Shown here: positions 45,935 through 55,148 of the stretch, piece after piece
How the letters are laid out: the number at the start of each line of letters is the position of its first letter
Position numbering within the stretch: position 1 is the stretch's first letter
NCBI GenBank assembly: GCA_963752565.1
Contig: CAVVZC010000018.1
Location: 7,039-71,038 of the forward strand
From: an uncultured delta proteobacterium
GTDB taxonomy: Bacteria > Desulfobacterota > Desulfobacteria > Desulfobacterales > UBA11574
DNA: 64,000 nucleotides
Direction: 5' to 3'
Position numbers and translations under genes: made by a program
The notes under the pieces: model-generated
Seen by the model: the letters and a program-made list of their open reading frames with translations, nothing else
Database searches by the model: none
What the model was told of the DNA's origin: nothing

Positions 45935-46141
45935 TTGAGACCTTTGAAAAATATTCATTTTTGTTCGAGTTTAAGGAAGATGTAAATTTTAACCATTTGA
46001 ATACATTGAGCATTTCTAAAATTAACCCGCCAAAATTCGGGGGCGGGTTTAAATTTGAGCCTGACCCCAGAGAAATAGGCCGCGCATTTCACAGGGCAGG
46101 CGCAGAAATTGGGCAAAAAGGGAGGTTTGCAAAGGTCTCAA
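45935..46141. repeat. MITE-like element, family 1, copy B (207 bp, with two internal insertions)
   Basis: Termini are TTGAGACCTTTGAAAAA and TTTGCAAAGGTCTCAA. The interior aligns with the reverse complement of copy A, except for two extra blocks: a 25-bp hairpin-forming block (CCCGCC/GGCGGG arms, 46024-46050) and a ~35-bp block. Confidence 0.8.
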
Positions 46142-46193
46142 TTAAAGGCGTAAAGGGTGTTCGGTTAAACACCAAGTAAAAGACATGCATATA

Positions 46194-46230
46194 GAATAAC
46201 GGGGAAAGAGCGTCTCTCCCCGTTATTCTG
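46194..46230 (-). terminator. Strong hairpin downstream of folD (possible terminator, no clean U-tract)
   Basis: AGAATAACGGGGA...TCCCCGTTATTCT forms a 13-bp stem with an inner GAG/CTC extension, 10 nt past the folD stop. Confidence 0.4.
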
Positions 46231-46240
46231 GATGATAGGA

Positions 46241-47149
46241 TTAAGCGATTCCAAGTTTAAATTTAAGGGCCTTCAGTGTATTTTTCATGAGCATGGTGAT
46301 GGTCATAGGCCCGACACCGCCCGGTACCGGGGTAATGTAACCGGCAACCTCTTTGGCAGCATCAAAGTCGACATCTCCACTTAAAATCGCGATCTTTTTC
46401 CCGGTTTTCTCACTGATCTTTTCCCCGACCCTGTTGACACCGACATCTATTACACAAGCTCCCCCTTTGATCCACTCGGGTTTTACCAGACCCGGAACCC
46501 CAGCGGCCACAATCAGAATGTCCGCGCGTTTACAATGGGCGGCCAGGTCTTTTGTTCCGGTATGAACGATAGTCACCGTTGAATTGGCACCGACGCCTTT
46601 CTGGAGCATCATATTGGCAATGGGTTTACCCACAATATTTGAACGACCGACCACCACTACTTCAGCACCCTTTGTTTCAACACCGGACCGAACGATCATT
46701 TCTTGAATGCCTGCGGGTGTACAGGGAGGAAATTTGACCTCATCGCCACCAATCATGAGTCTTCCCACATTGACCGGATGAAATCCATCCACATCTTTGT
46801 CAGGATCGATGGCGTTTAACACCTTCTTATCATCAATATGTTTGGGAAGTGGCAACTGGACAAGAATGCCGTTGATGGTATCGTCATTGTTGTATTTGTC
46901 AACAAGACCCAGAAGCACATCTTCGTCAAGATCTACCGACTGGGTATCCTGGATCTCATGAAAACCAAGCTGCTGAGCAGTTTTGATTTTTGCAGTTACA
47001 TAGGAAATGGAGGCGGGGTCTTCTCCAACCAGAATGGTCACAAGGCCGGGAACAACACCATGCTTTTCTTTAATTTCTTTTACATCGGCTTCAATCTCCT
47101 TGAGAATCTCGTCTCTGATAACCGTACCTTTAATAAGTTTTGCTGACAT
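46241..47149 (-). CDS. folD: Bifunctional methylenetetrahydrofolate dehydrogenase/cyclohydrolase
   Basis: 302 aa, ...LVTILVGEDPASISYV..., ...GILVQLPLPKHID..., ...VVVGRSNIVGKP..., PVPGGVGPMTI; canonical FolD. Confidence 0.95.
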   Translation of the reverse strand: MSAKLIKGTVIRDEILKEIEADVKEIKEKHGVVPGLVTILVGEDPASISYVTAKIKTAQQLGFHEIQDTQSVDLDEDVLLGLVDKYNNDDTINGILVQLPLPKHIDDKKVLNAIDPDKDVDGFHPVNVGRLMIGGDEVKFPPCTPAGIQEMIVRSGVETKGAEVVVVGRSNIVGKPIANMMLQKGVGANSTVTIVHTGTKDLAAHCKRADILIVAAGVPGLVKPEWIKGGACVIDVGVNRVGEKISEKTGKKIAILSGDVDFDAAKEVAGYITPVPGGVGPMTITMLMKNTLKALKFKLGIA

Positions 47150-47542
47150 TTTTAATCTCCTTTCACCAAAAGTTTAAAATTTTGATACAAACCTTTTATA
47201 TATTCGGCTTCCGTTGTTTGTGTTTTAATGTGTTAATGAATGCTTAGAAATTATTTTACGTGTGGTATTGAAATCATAAATACAAAAAAGCTAAAGGAAT
47301 GATTAATAACGGAACGACACGTTTTATTAATCCAATAAAATCGTAATGTCAAGAAGTCTCGTCATATGATCTTGATAAAGGTATCCTGCTTCTAACAGAA
47401 CAACCACAATATCTGAGAAATCAAATTTTTTATTGTCTTATTTTTCATTTTATTGTATCGGATTTCAATAATTTGTAAGAAATTTCATTATTAATTTTTT
47501 GCTTCACCATCCAATTTACCACTTAAAAAGGAGGAAACTGTG

Positions 47543-48553
47543 ATGACCAAAAGAATCGCTATGTTTTTCTGGGCCGTTGTTCTTGGAATAACCTTGACAG
47601 CGACGAGCGTGTTCAGTGCAGGAGCAAAACCGACCAAACTAACCTTCAGTATTTTTTTTCCACCGACCCATGGGCAGACAAAAGCTGCAATGGACTGGGC
47701 CAAAGAAATTGAAAAGCTCACTGACAATAAAGTTCAGATCACCGTTTTTCCCGGCGGAACCCTTACAAAAGCACCTCAATGCTATAGCGGCACTGTAAAG
47801 GGGATATCGGATTTGGGCTTCAGCCTTTTTGCGTATACCCGTGGACGTTTCCCGGTCATGGCCGCAGTTGACCTTCCCATGGGCTATGCCAACGGAAAAG
47901 TCGCCAGCAGGGTGGCTCAGGAGTTTGCCAAGACATTTAAGCCCAAAGAGTTAAGTGACGTAAAAGTGCTTTATCTTCATGCTCATGGTCCCGGACTTTT
48001 GCATACCAAGAAACCGGTCAAAAAACTTGAGGATCTGAAAGGCATGAAGATCAGGGCCACAGGCTTAAGTGCCAAGATTGTAAAAGCGCTTGGCGGAGTT
48101 CCTGTTGCGATGCCCCAGGGCGGCACCTATGAAGCCCTCAAAAAAGGAGTTGTCGAAGGGACGTTTGGCCCCATGGAGGTTTTAAAGGGATGGAAACAGG
48201 CTGAAGTCATCAAATACACAACAGAATGTTACGGCGTCGGCTACACCACCACATTCTTCATTGTAATGAATCTGGATAAGTGGAACGCGCTTCCAGCCGA
48301 TATAAAGAAAGTTTTCGATGAGGTGAGTGATAAATATACCGACGTTCACGGTAATGTATGGGACAGCACCGATCAAGAAGGCAGAAAATATACATTAAGT
48401 CTTGGCAACGAGATCATATCACTGTCAGACAAAGAGAATGCCAAATGGCGAAAAGCTGCTGAACCGGTCATCAACGACTATATTGCAAATACTCCCGACG
48501 GGGATAAGCATGTTAAGAAAATAAGAGCGTTGATGAAACAATATTCAAAATAG
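47543..48553 (+). CDS. TRAP transporter substrate-binding protein (DctP family)
   Basis: Signal peptide and DctP-like core. AAAGGAGG lies 8 nt upstream of the ATG at 47543. DctQ and DctM genes follow. Confidence 0.85.
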   Translation: MTKRIAMFFWAVVLGITLTATSVFSAGAKPTKLTFSIFFPPTHGQTKAAMDWAKEIEKLTDNKVQITVFPGGTLTKAPQCYSGTVKGISDLGFSLFAYTRGRFPVMAAVDLPMGYANGKVASRVAQEFAKTFKPKELSDVKVLYLHAHGPGLLHTKKPVKKLEDLKGMKIRATGLSAKIVKALGGVPVAMPQGGTYEALKKGVVEGTFGPMEVLKGWKQAEVIKYTTECYGVGYTTTFFIVMNLDKWNALPADIKKVFDEVSDKYTDVHGNVWDSTDQEGRKYTLSLGNEIISLSDKENAKWRKAAEPVINDYIANTPDGDKHVKKIRALMKQYSK

Positions 48554-48567
48554 GATGATAAATTCCC

Positions 48568-48614
48568 GGGTTGTCCTGGTCAGACATGAATTGCCACGGG
48601 CAACCCTTTTTTTT
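48568..48614 (+). terminator. Rho-independent terminator/attenuator after the TRAP binding-protein gene
   Basis: The TTGCC-ACG-GGCAA hairpin (extendable to GGGTTGTCC...GGGCAACCC) is followed by T8. Confidence 0.5.
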
Positions 48615-48626
48615 CGATCTTGAAAA

Positions 48627-48900
48627 CCTGGTCCTTTGAGATAGGTCAGAGTTAAGCGGCTCTGCCAGAAGATACGGTGCGATAGTTTAAAGTGAACTAA
48701 AGTTTAAAGTGAGCTAAATCCGCCAAAGTTCGGTGGCGGATAAAGTTAAGGAATTCTGACAATTATATATAATTTCAGTGGAGCGTAGCGACTCAACAAT
48801 TTTAGGCACTTTAGATCACTATAGGCACTTTTAACTTATCTGGTTATTAGGCAAACAGCCCCTTTCAGGGGCAAACCAAAGCCTATCCCTTTGGGCCAGG
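48627..48900. repeat. Structured repeat-rich insert in the dctP-dctQ intergenic region
   Basis: An imperfect 21-nt inverted repeat (14/21) lies at 48627-48647 and 48881-48900. The interior has nested hairpins, including ATCCGCC...GGCGGAT (48718-48741) and AAAGTG-containing inverted repeats. The left arm shares TTTGAGATAGGTC with the element at 50812-50953. Confidence 0.4.
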
Positions 48901-48956
48901 ATTATTTACTTTTGAACCAATGTCGAGTCCTAACAACGTAATAACTATAAAACACA

Positions 48957-49442
48957 ATGCAAATTTTTGAAAAATTGGGCCACGGTTTGGCAAAAAAAAT
49001 GTACTGGGTTGCAGGAACGGCCATTGTTGCCATGATGTTACTTACCTGCGCAGATGTTGTTTTACGTTATTTTCGCAGACCCATTCCCGGAACCTATGAG
49101 CTGGTCTGCTTTCTGGGAGCCGTCGCCGTCTCTTTTGCCATGGCCCATACATCCATAGAAAAAGGGCATGTATCGGTGAGCTTTATTGTCAGTCTTTTCC
49201 CTTCGAGGATTCAAAGGCTCATTGAATGTATAACCAGCTGCTTTGGATTATTCCTTTTTGCACTCATTGCATGGCAGTCCATCATTTATGCAAATGATCT
49301 TCACGCTTCGCGTGAGGTTTCACTAACGTTAGAACTCCCCTTTTATCCATTTGTGTATGGAATCGGTTTTTCTGCGGCAGTGGTTTGTCTTATACTTTTA
49401 TCTGATTTAATTAAAAATGCTTTGAAGATCTTGGAGAAATGA
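48957..49442 (+). CDS. TRAP transporter small permease (DctQ family)
   Basis: 161 aa with 4 predicted TM segments. ATGA overlap with the DctM gene. Confidence 0.8.
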   Translation: MQIFEKLGHGLAKKMYWVAGTAIVAMMLLTCADVVLRYFRRPIPGTYELVCFLGAVAVSFAMAHTSIEKGHVSVSFIVSLFPSRIQRLIECITSCFGLFLFALIAWQSIIYANDLHASREVSLTLELPFYPFVYGIGFSAAVVCLILLSDLIKNALKILEK

Positions 49443-50740
49443 GCCTATCAACCACTGGAATCATTGGGATTATCGTCCTGATTGTCCTTTTGTATTCAAA
49501 AATGCCTGTGGGTTTTGCCATGGGTTTTCTGGGACTCATCGGATTCAGCTATGTGGTAAATTTTGATGCAGGATTGAATCTTTTGGTCCGGGATGTCTGG
49601 GATGTTTTTTCCTCCTATAATTTGACCGTTATTCCCCTTTTTGTGTTTATGGGCCAGATTGCCTTTCACGCCGGCATCAGCCGCAGGCTGTATGATTCAG
49701 CCTATGTGCTGCTGGGGCATCGGCGCGGGGGTCTGGCCATGACAACCGTGGGTGCCTGCGCCGCTTTCTCCGCCATATGCGGCTCAACCAATGCAACAGC
49801 GGCCACCATGGCCACGGTTGCCCTTCCTGAAATGAAAAGATATGGATACGATATGGGCCTTGCCACAGGTACCGTGGCTGCGGCTGGAAGTCTTGGTATT
49901 CTTATACCTCCCAGTGTGATTTTCATCGTCTACGGCATTCTCACCGAGCAGTCCATTGGAAAACTTTTCGCAGCCGGTATCCTGCCCGGCATTCTCCTTT
50001 GCTTTCTTTTTCTTTTGACCATTCATCTTCGTGTCATGAAAAACCCCTCTCTGGCCCCCCCGGGTCCCAAGAGCAATATTCGTGAAAAATTCAGATCCTT
50101 TACCGGCATACTCGAAACCATGATATTGTTTGCACTGGTTATGGGCGGAATTTTTTTTGGGCTATTCACACCCACCGAGGCTGCGGCAACAGGCGCTTTT
50201 ATGACCCTTCTCATCGCCATAATCAGGAGACAACTTTACTGGAAAGGGTTTATTCAATCCCTTGCAGATACAACCAAAATCAGTTGTATGATCATGGTAA
50301 TCGTCACCGGTGCGGTGATATTCGGTCATTTTATGGCCATTACCCGGATACCTTATTTGCTTGCCGATTATGTAAGTTCTCTTCCGCTTCCGCCCCATGC
50401 GATTATCGGCGTGATCATTTTAGTCTATCTTATCGGGGGCTGTTTTATGGATGCACTGGCCATGATCATGCTGACCATCCCCATATTTTTTCCGGTTGTT
50501 CAAACCCTCGGGTTTGATCCGATCTGGTTCGGTGTGGTCATTGTTCTAATCACGGAAATGGGTGTAATTACGCCGCCTGTGGGTATAAATGTCTATGTGG
50601 TCTATGGTGTGGCAAGGGATGTCCCTTTAGAGAAAATCTTCAAGGGAGTTTTTCCCATGCTCATATCTTTGCTTGTGTGCAATCTGCTCCTTATTTTGTT
50701 TCCCCAAATCGCCCTCTGGCTGCCAAGCCTCATGCGGTGA
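49439..50740 (+). CDS. TRAP transporter large permease (DctM family)
   Basis: 433-aa polytopic protein with DctM-like sequence throughout. Confidence 0.9.
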   Translation: MSLSTTGIIGIIVLIVLLYSKMPVGFAMGFLGLIGFSYVVNFDAGLNLLVRDVWDVFSSYNLTVIPLFVFMGQIAFHAGISRRLYDSAYVLLGHRRGGLAMTTVGACAAFSAICGSTNATAATMATVALPEMKRYGYDMGLATGTVAAAGSLGILIPPSVIFIVYGILTEQSIGKLFAAGILPGILLCFLFLLTIHLRVMKNPSLAPPGPKSNIREKFRSFTGILETMILFALVMGGIFFGLFTPTEAAATGAFMTLLIAIIRRQLYWKGFIQSLADTTKISCMIMVIVTGAVIFGHFMAITRIPYLLADYVSSLPLPPHAIIGVIILVYLIGGCFMDALAMIMLTIPIFFPVVQTLGFDPIWFGVVIVLITEMGVITPPVGINVYVVYGVARDVPLEKIFKGVFPMLISLLVCNLLLILFPQIALWLPSLMR

Positions 50741-50811
50741 AATAAACCCAGGTAAAGCGGTTAAAGATTAATGGGTTCACGGTTCACCATAGCCAACCTC
50801 CCCAATTAAAC

Positions 50812-50953
50812 TAGAACCTATCTCAAAAATAAGATTAGGGTTCAGGGCAAGGCGCGAACGGTGAAAATGCGGAGCATACACGTAGTATGTGAGCATTTTG
50901 AACCGTTTCGCAACGCAGCCATGGGCAGTTAGATTTTTTTTGAGATAGGTCCT
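50812..50953. repeat. MITE-like element, family 2 (142 bp), abutting the argC stop codon
   Basis: It has 18-bp terminal inverted repeats with 1 mismatch, TAGAACCTATCTCAAAAA and TTTTTGAGATAGGTCCTA. There is an internal inverted repeat AACGGTGAAAATGC and GCATTTTGAACCGTT. Confidence 0.7.
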
Positions 50954-51989
50954 AAACAGGAAAAGGAACCATTTTTAGCCCTGCGGTTTCATCCAGACCA
51001 AGCATGATGTTCATGTTTTGAACAGCCTGCCCCGCTGCACCTTTTACCAGGTTGTCGATGGCCGAAATCAGGATCAGACGTTGGTTCCGTTTATCTATCT
51101 TAAATCCGATGTCACAATAATTGGTACCGCGAACATTCCGGGTGTCAGGCAAACGGCTTTCTTTACAGATACGAACAAACGGACGTCCGGAATAAAATGT
51201 GGTGAGACAATCCTCAATATCTTTGTGGCCAATGTCTCTTACAGGAGTGGTATACAGGGTGGTAAGTATTCCCCGGGACATGGGAACAAGGTGGGGAACA
51301 AACGTAAGATGCACCGGCTTGCCGGTTTCAATGGTCAGCACCTCCTCCATCTCGGGGTTGTGCCGGTGTTCTGCTACCTTATATGCCTTAAACGATTCGT
51401 TAACCTCACAAAAGTGAGCTGTCAAGGATAAGCTGCGGCCGGCGCCGCTAACGCCGGATTTTGAATCGGCAACAATGGTATGGGTATCGATAAAATTGCG
51501 CTTCAATAACGGCAACAGAGGCAAAAGTACACCGGTGGGATAACATCCGGGAGCACCCACAAGGGTTGCATTCTTAATCTGTTCGAAATAGACTTCACAG
51601 AGTCCATATACTGATTTTTCAAGCAAATCCGTTGCCGTATGCTTCTGATAATGCGCCTCATACGTTGCAGAATCCTTGAATCTAAAATCCGCCGAAAGGT
51701 CGATAACCTTTTTGCCTCGAGAAATAAGCTCAGGCACAATCTCCATGGGAATCTTGTGTGGAAGCGCGGTAAATACAACTTCCGCGTTGTCACATATTTT
51801 ATCCACGGACAGGGCCTCACACACCAGATTCACAGAACCTGTCATTGAGGGAAAAATCTCGTCAAACTTTAAACCGGCATACTGGCGAGACGTCAGGATG
51901 GTCAACTCGATATCGGGATGACCGCAAAGTATCCGCACAAGCTCGGCACCGGCATAACCGGTAGCACCTATTATACCCACCCGTATCAT
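50952..51989 (-). CDS. argC: N-acetyl-gamma-glutamyl-phosphate reductase
   Basis: MIRVGIIGATGYAGAELVRIL...GCYPT... is canonical ArgC. The start is taken at the MIRVGI methionine. Confidence 0.95.
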   Translation of the reverse strand: MIRVGIIGATGYAGAELVRILCGHPDIELTILTSRQYAGLKFDEIFPSMTGSVNLVCEALSVDKICDNAEVVFTALPHKIPMEIVPELISRGKKVIDLSADFRFKDSATYEAHYQKHTATDLLEKSVYGLCEVYFEQIKNATLVGAPGCYPTGVLLPLLPLLKRNFIDTHTIVADSKSGVSGAGRSLSLTAHFCEVNESFKAYKVAEHRHNPEMEEVLTIETGKPVHLTFVPHLVPMSRGILTTLYTTPVRDIGHKDIEDCLTTFYSGRPFVRICKESRLPDTRNVRGTNYCDIGFKIDKRNQRLILISAIDNLVKGAAGQAVQNMNIMLGLDETAGLKMVPFPV

Positions 51990-52016
51990 ATCGTCCCCCA
52001 TCTTTTATATGATTTT

Positions 52017-52309
52017 TGATTGAAGATTGACGATTGAAAACAACTGTCTATCATCCAAATTATCACCTTTCAATGATCAAGGTCCAGGATAAAAATACTT
52101 GAAAACAAGTAATAGTATTAGTCCTTTGAAATAAATCAATTTTAAAGGAGCTTCAGGTACAATCGATTGACGATTTTCTATTGAAGATTGTCGGAGAGAA
52201 GCGTAGATCCCGATTCATCGGGGAATTTTAAGGAATTATTCCAATGTTATTAATGAAAAGAGAAAGGGCGATACTACAAATTTTCAATCTTCAATTGTCA
52301 ATTTTCAAT
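52017..52309. repeat. Inverted-repeat element built from ATTGA(A/C)-type heptamers, filling the argC-livF intergenic region
   Basis: The left arm GATTGAAGATTGACGATTGAAAA (52017-52040) is an imperfect inverted repeat of the right arm TTTTCAATCTTCAATTGTCAATTTTCAAT (52281-52309). An internal third copy lies at ~52165-52195. Confidence 0.6.
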
Positions 52310-52316
52310 TTGGTTT

Positions 52317-53030
52317 TTAGCCGCCCAGATAGGCCTGCTTGACTTCGGGATTTGCAAGCAGCATTTCAGAGCTTCCTTCCAGAACCAGGCTTCCGCTTTC
52401 GAGCACATAGCCGCGCTGCGCAAATTGAAGCGCCATCCGGGCATTCTGCTCCACAAGCAAAATGGTGGTTCCTTCCTCGTTGAGTTGTTTGAGCGCATTA
52501 AAGACATTCAGCATTAATAAAGGTGCAAGACCCATTGAAGGCTCGTCCAGGAGCATGATCCTTCTTCCGCTCATAAACGCCCTCCCGATGGCGAGCATCT
52601 GTTGTTCTCCGCCGCTCAGTGTTCCTGATTTCTGGTTTTTACGTTCTTCAAGACGTGGGAAAATACTGAATACTCTCTTGAGGTCCTCCTGGATCTTTTC
52701 GTTGTCTTTTCTGGAAAAAGTAGCCAGCCGGAGATTCTCCATAATCGTCAGGTTACCGAACAGTCGTCTACCTTCGGGAACATGAGAAATCCCGAACTCA
52801 CTCACCACCTTGTCTGCAGGGTATTTCAGAAGGTCATTGCCCATGAACGTCATTGTTGTTCCTTCTTCCACCGGAACCAATCTTGAAATTGCTCTCAGCG
52901 TTGTACTCTTACCAGCCCCATTGGCACCGATGATGCAAACAATCTCGCCATCATCGATCTGAAAATCAATTCCGTGAAGCGCACGAATATTACCATACGA
53001 AACTTGAAGGTTTTCCACTGATAACAACAT
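52317..53030 (-). CDS. livF: Branched-chain amino acid ABC transporter ATP-binding protein LivF
   Basis: 237 aa with Walker A GANGAGKST, LSGGEQQ and a LivF-like C-terminus. Confidence 0.9.
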   Translation of the reverse strand: MLLSVENLQVSYGNIRALHGIDFQIDDGEIVCIIGANGAGKSTTLRAISRLVPVEEGTTMTFMGNDLLKYPADKVVSEFGISHVPEGRRLFGNLTIMENLRLATFSRKDNEKIQEDLKRVFSIFPRLEERKNQKSGTLSGGEQQMLAIGRAFMSGRRIMLLDEPSMGLAPLLMLNVFNALKQLNEEGTTILLVEQNARMALQFAQRGYVLESGSLVLEGSSEMLLANPEVKQAYLGG

Positions 53031-53800
53031 TAGAGCACCACCTCTTTGCCCAGATAAGCATCAATTACTTTTGGGTCGTTTTGAATTTCTTCCGGTGTGC
53101 CCTCGGAGATAACCCGGCCAAAGTCAAGGGTCTGGATGATCTCGCACAACTCCATAACCATCTTCAACCTGTGTTCGATGAGAAAAATGGCCAGGCCCAG
53201 TTCTCGGTGAACATGCCTGATGATCTCCATCATCTGAATCAGCTCTTCCGGATTCATTCCGGCCGTGGGTTCATCCAGAAACAGTATTTTGGGTTCTATG
53301 GCCAGGGCCCGGGCCATCTCAACCCTTCGTTGATCACCGTAAGGAAGATTAATGACGACCTGATCTGCAATGTGGTCGACACCGACTATTTTCAAAAGGT
53401 CGTGGGCTTTCGCCTCGATTTTTGCTTCTTCCCTTTGCCGCTTGGGTGTGCCGAAAAAGGCCCCGATGAGACCATAGGTTATCTTAGAGTAACACGCCAT
53501 CTTTACGTGCTCAAGGACGGTCATATGCCGCCAGAGCTGTAAATTTTGGAAGGTTCTGGCGATGCCCATGTCCGCGATCCGGTGAGGCTCGAGGCCGGTA
53601 ATTCTTTTGCTTTCCAGATAGATGTCTCCTTCAGTGGGTTTGTAGATACCGGTAATGAGGTTAAAAATCGTGGTTTTGCCTGCCCCGTTGGGTCCGATGA
53701 GACCTCTGATCTGGCCGGGTTCTATTTTTAGATCGTAGTTGTTGACGGCCCGCAAACCCCCAAAGTCGTGGCTCATTTTATCAACACGAAGCAGTGGCAT
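53030..53800 (-). CDS. livG: Branched-chain amino acid ABC transporter ATP-binding protein LivG
   Basis: 256 aa with GPNGAGKTT, a LivG-specific insertion after Q-loop and a C-terminal BCA_ABC_TP_C-like tail (DPKVIDAYLG). Confidence 0.9.
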   Translation of the reverse strand: MPLLRVDKMSHDFGGLRAVNNYDLKIEPGQIRGLIGPNGAGKTTIFNLITGIYKPTEGDIYLESKRITGLEPHRIADMGIARTFQNLQLWRHMTVLEHVKMACYSKITYGLIGAFFGTPKRQREEAKIEAKAHDLLKIVGVDHIADQVVINLPYGDQRRVEMARALAIEPKILFLDEPTAGMNPEELIQMMEIIRHVHRELGLAIFLIEHRLKMVMELCEIIQTLDFGRVISEGTPEEIQNDPKVIDAYLGKEVVL

Positions 53801-53801
53801 T

Positions 53802-55070
53802 CTATACCTCTTTTTCCTGCTTATGTTTGGGTTTTATAAGTTTCTTAACGTCGAATTCTTTAAAGGCGATGAGACCCGTAGGACGATAAATCATCACCAA
53901 AATGAGCAAAAGGGGAATAATAATCCACTTAAAGATCTCCAGCGGTCGAAGGGCTTCACTGAGCATGCTCAGGCTTACTGCACCCACAATCGAGCCGTAA
54001 ACGGAATTCAACCCGCCAAAGTAGACCATTGCCAAAACTTCAGCCAGCTTCTGAAGACCAAACGTCCCTGGATTTACATACCTTAACACGTGGGCAAAAA
54101 GACCCCCGGCCACGCCGGCCCAAAACGCCGCAAACAAAAAGGCCACGATTTTTGTTTTTCTGGTGTCAACGGTCATGGCATTGGCTGCTATTTCGTCGTC
54201 GCGAACTGCATTCAGCGCTTTTCCCATGGTAGAGCGCACAAAATTGTTGATGATCCACACGCAGGCGACGGTCCACAAAAAGACCGTGGGGAGATTGGCA
54301 TAATCCGGCTGGCTGCTTAAGCCCCGTGGGCCGCCAACGACCTCCAAATTCTCTATCATGCTTTTCACGATAAACATAAATGCCAAAGATATGATCGCCA
54401 GATAGTCACCCCTGGTCCGAAACGAGGGTATCGCGATTGCAAGTGCGCCAAAGGCTGCGACTAAACCGCCGATGATCAACGCAATGGGAAACATATACGG
54501 GCCTAAAGCGGCGGGGAGAACTGCAGGCCCGAAAAGCTTGTCCTTAGCGAACAGGAGCAACGTAAACACCGAGGCTGCGTAAGCCCCCAATGCCATAAAG
54601 CCGGGATGGGAGCAGGAAAATTCTCCCATGTATCCGTTAACCACGTTTAAGCTCAACGTCACCATAATGGCGATCATGGTCAGCTTAAGCGTCAGAACCC
54701 GGTAGGCACTGATATCAGACCATAGATGCAAAATCGCATACAGAAATCCAAGATGAATACCTACCGAAACTATCGTGGGGAAATTAAAAAGCCAGGCAAC
54801 CAATCGATTTGTAGCCGCTGCACTCAGCCGGGCTACGGCGCCTATGGGCAGCGCATATATCAGCAGCACGAATATCAGTACGCTGGGAATTGACAAAGGC
54901 TTTTTGAGCATGATCACAAAGCCGAAAAGGACCGGAATTTTGGGCAGATTTAAAATTTCGGTCAGCGGATCACCCAAATAATGCTCGAGTACTACCGCGA
55001 TCAGTGCGCCAAGCAGCCAGCCCAGCAAAGGTACCTGTGAGAACGAATTCCGTAACTTTTTAAAAATCAT
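53802..55070 (-). CDS. livM: Branched-chain amino acid ABC transporter permease LivM
   Basis: 422-aa polytopic protein with a LivM-like core and an extended N-terminus. Confidence 0.85.
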   Translation of the reverse strand: MIFKKLRNSFSQVPLLGWLLGALIAVVLEHYLGDPLTEILNLPKIPVLFGFVIMLKKPLSIPSVLIFVLLIYALPIGAVARLSAAATNRLVAWLFNFPTIVSVGIHLGFLYAILHLWSDISAYRVLTLKLTMIAIMVTLSLNVVNGYMGEFSCSHPGFMALGAYAASVFTLLLFAKDKLFGPAVLPAALGPYMFPIALIIGGLVAAFGALAIAIPSFRTRGDYLAIISLAFMFIVKSMIENLEVVGGPRGLSSQPDYANLPTVFLWTVACVWIINNFVRSTMGKALNAVRDDEIAANAMTVDTRKTKIVAFLFAAFWAGVAGGLFAHVLRYVNPGTFGLQKLAEVLAMVYFGGLNSVYGSIVGAVSLSMLSEALRPLEIFKWIIIPLLLILVMIYRPTGLIAFKEFDVKKLIKPKHKQEKEV

Positions 55071-55148
55071 CTTTTCTTTTTTTAAACCGCTCCATGGATA
55101 ATACTTTTTTTAAAACCCTGTAAACTCCACGGCTCCTGTAAAAAACAC

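Noticed and set aside
45961-46179. 72-aa ORF on the plus strand
   Set aside because: It lies almost entirely inside MITE-like copy B. It has no SD, and its sequence is the repeat read through, so it is most likely spurious.
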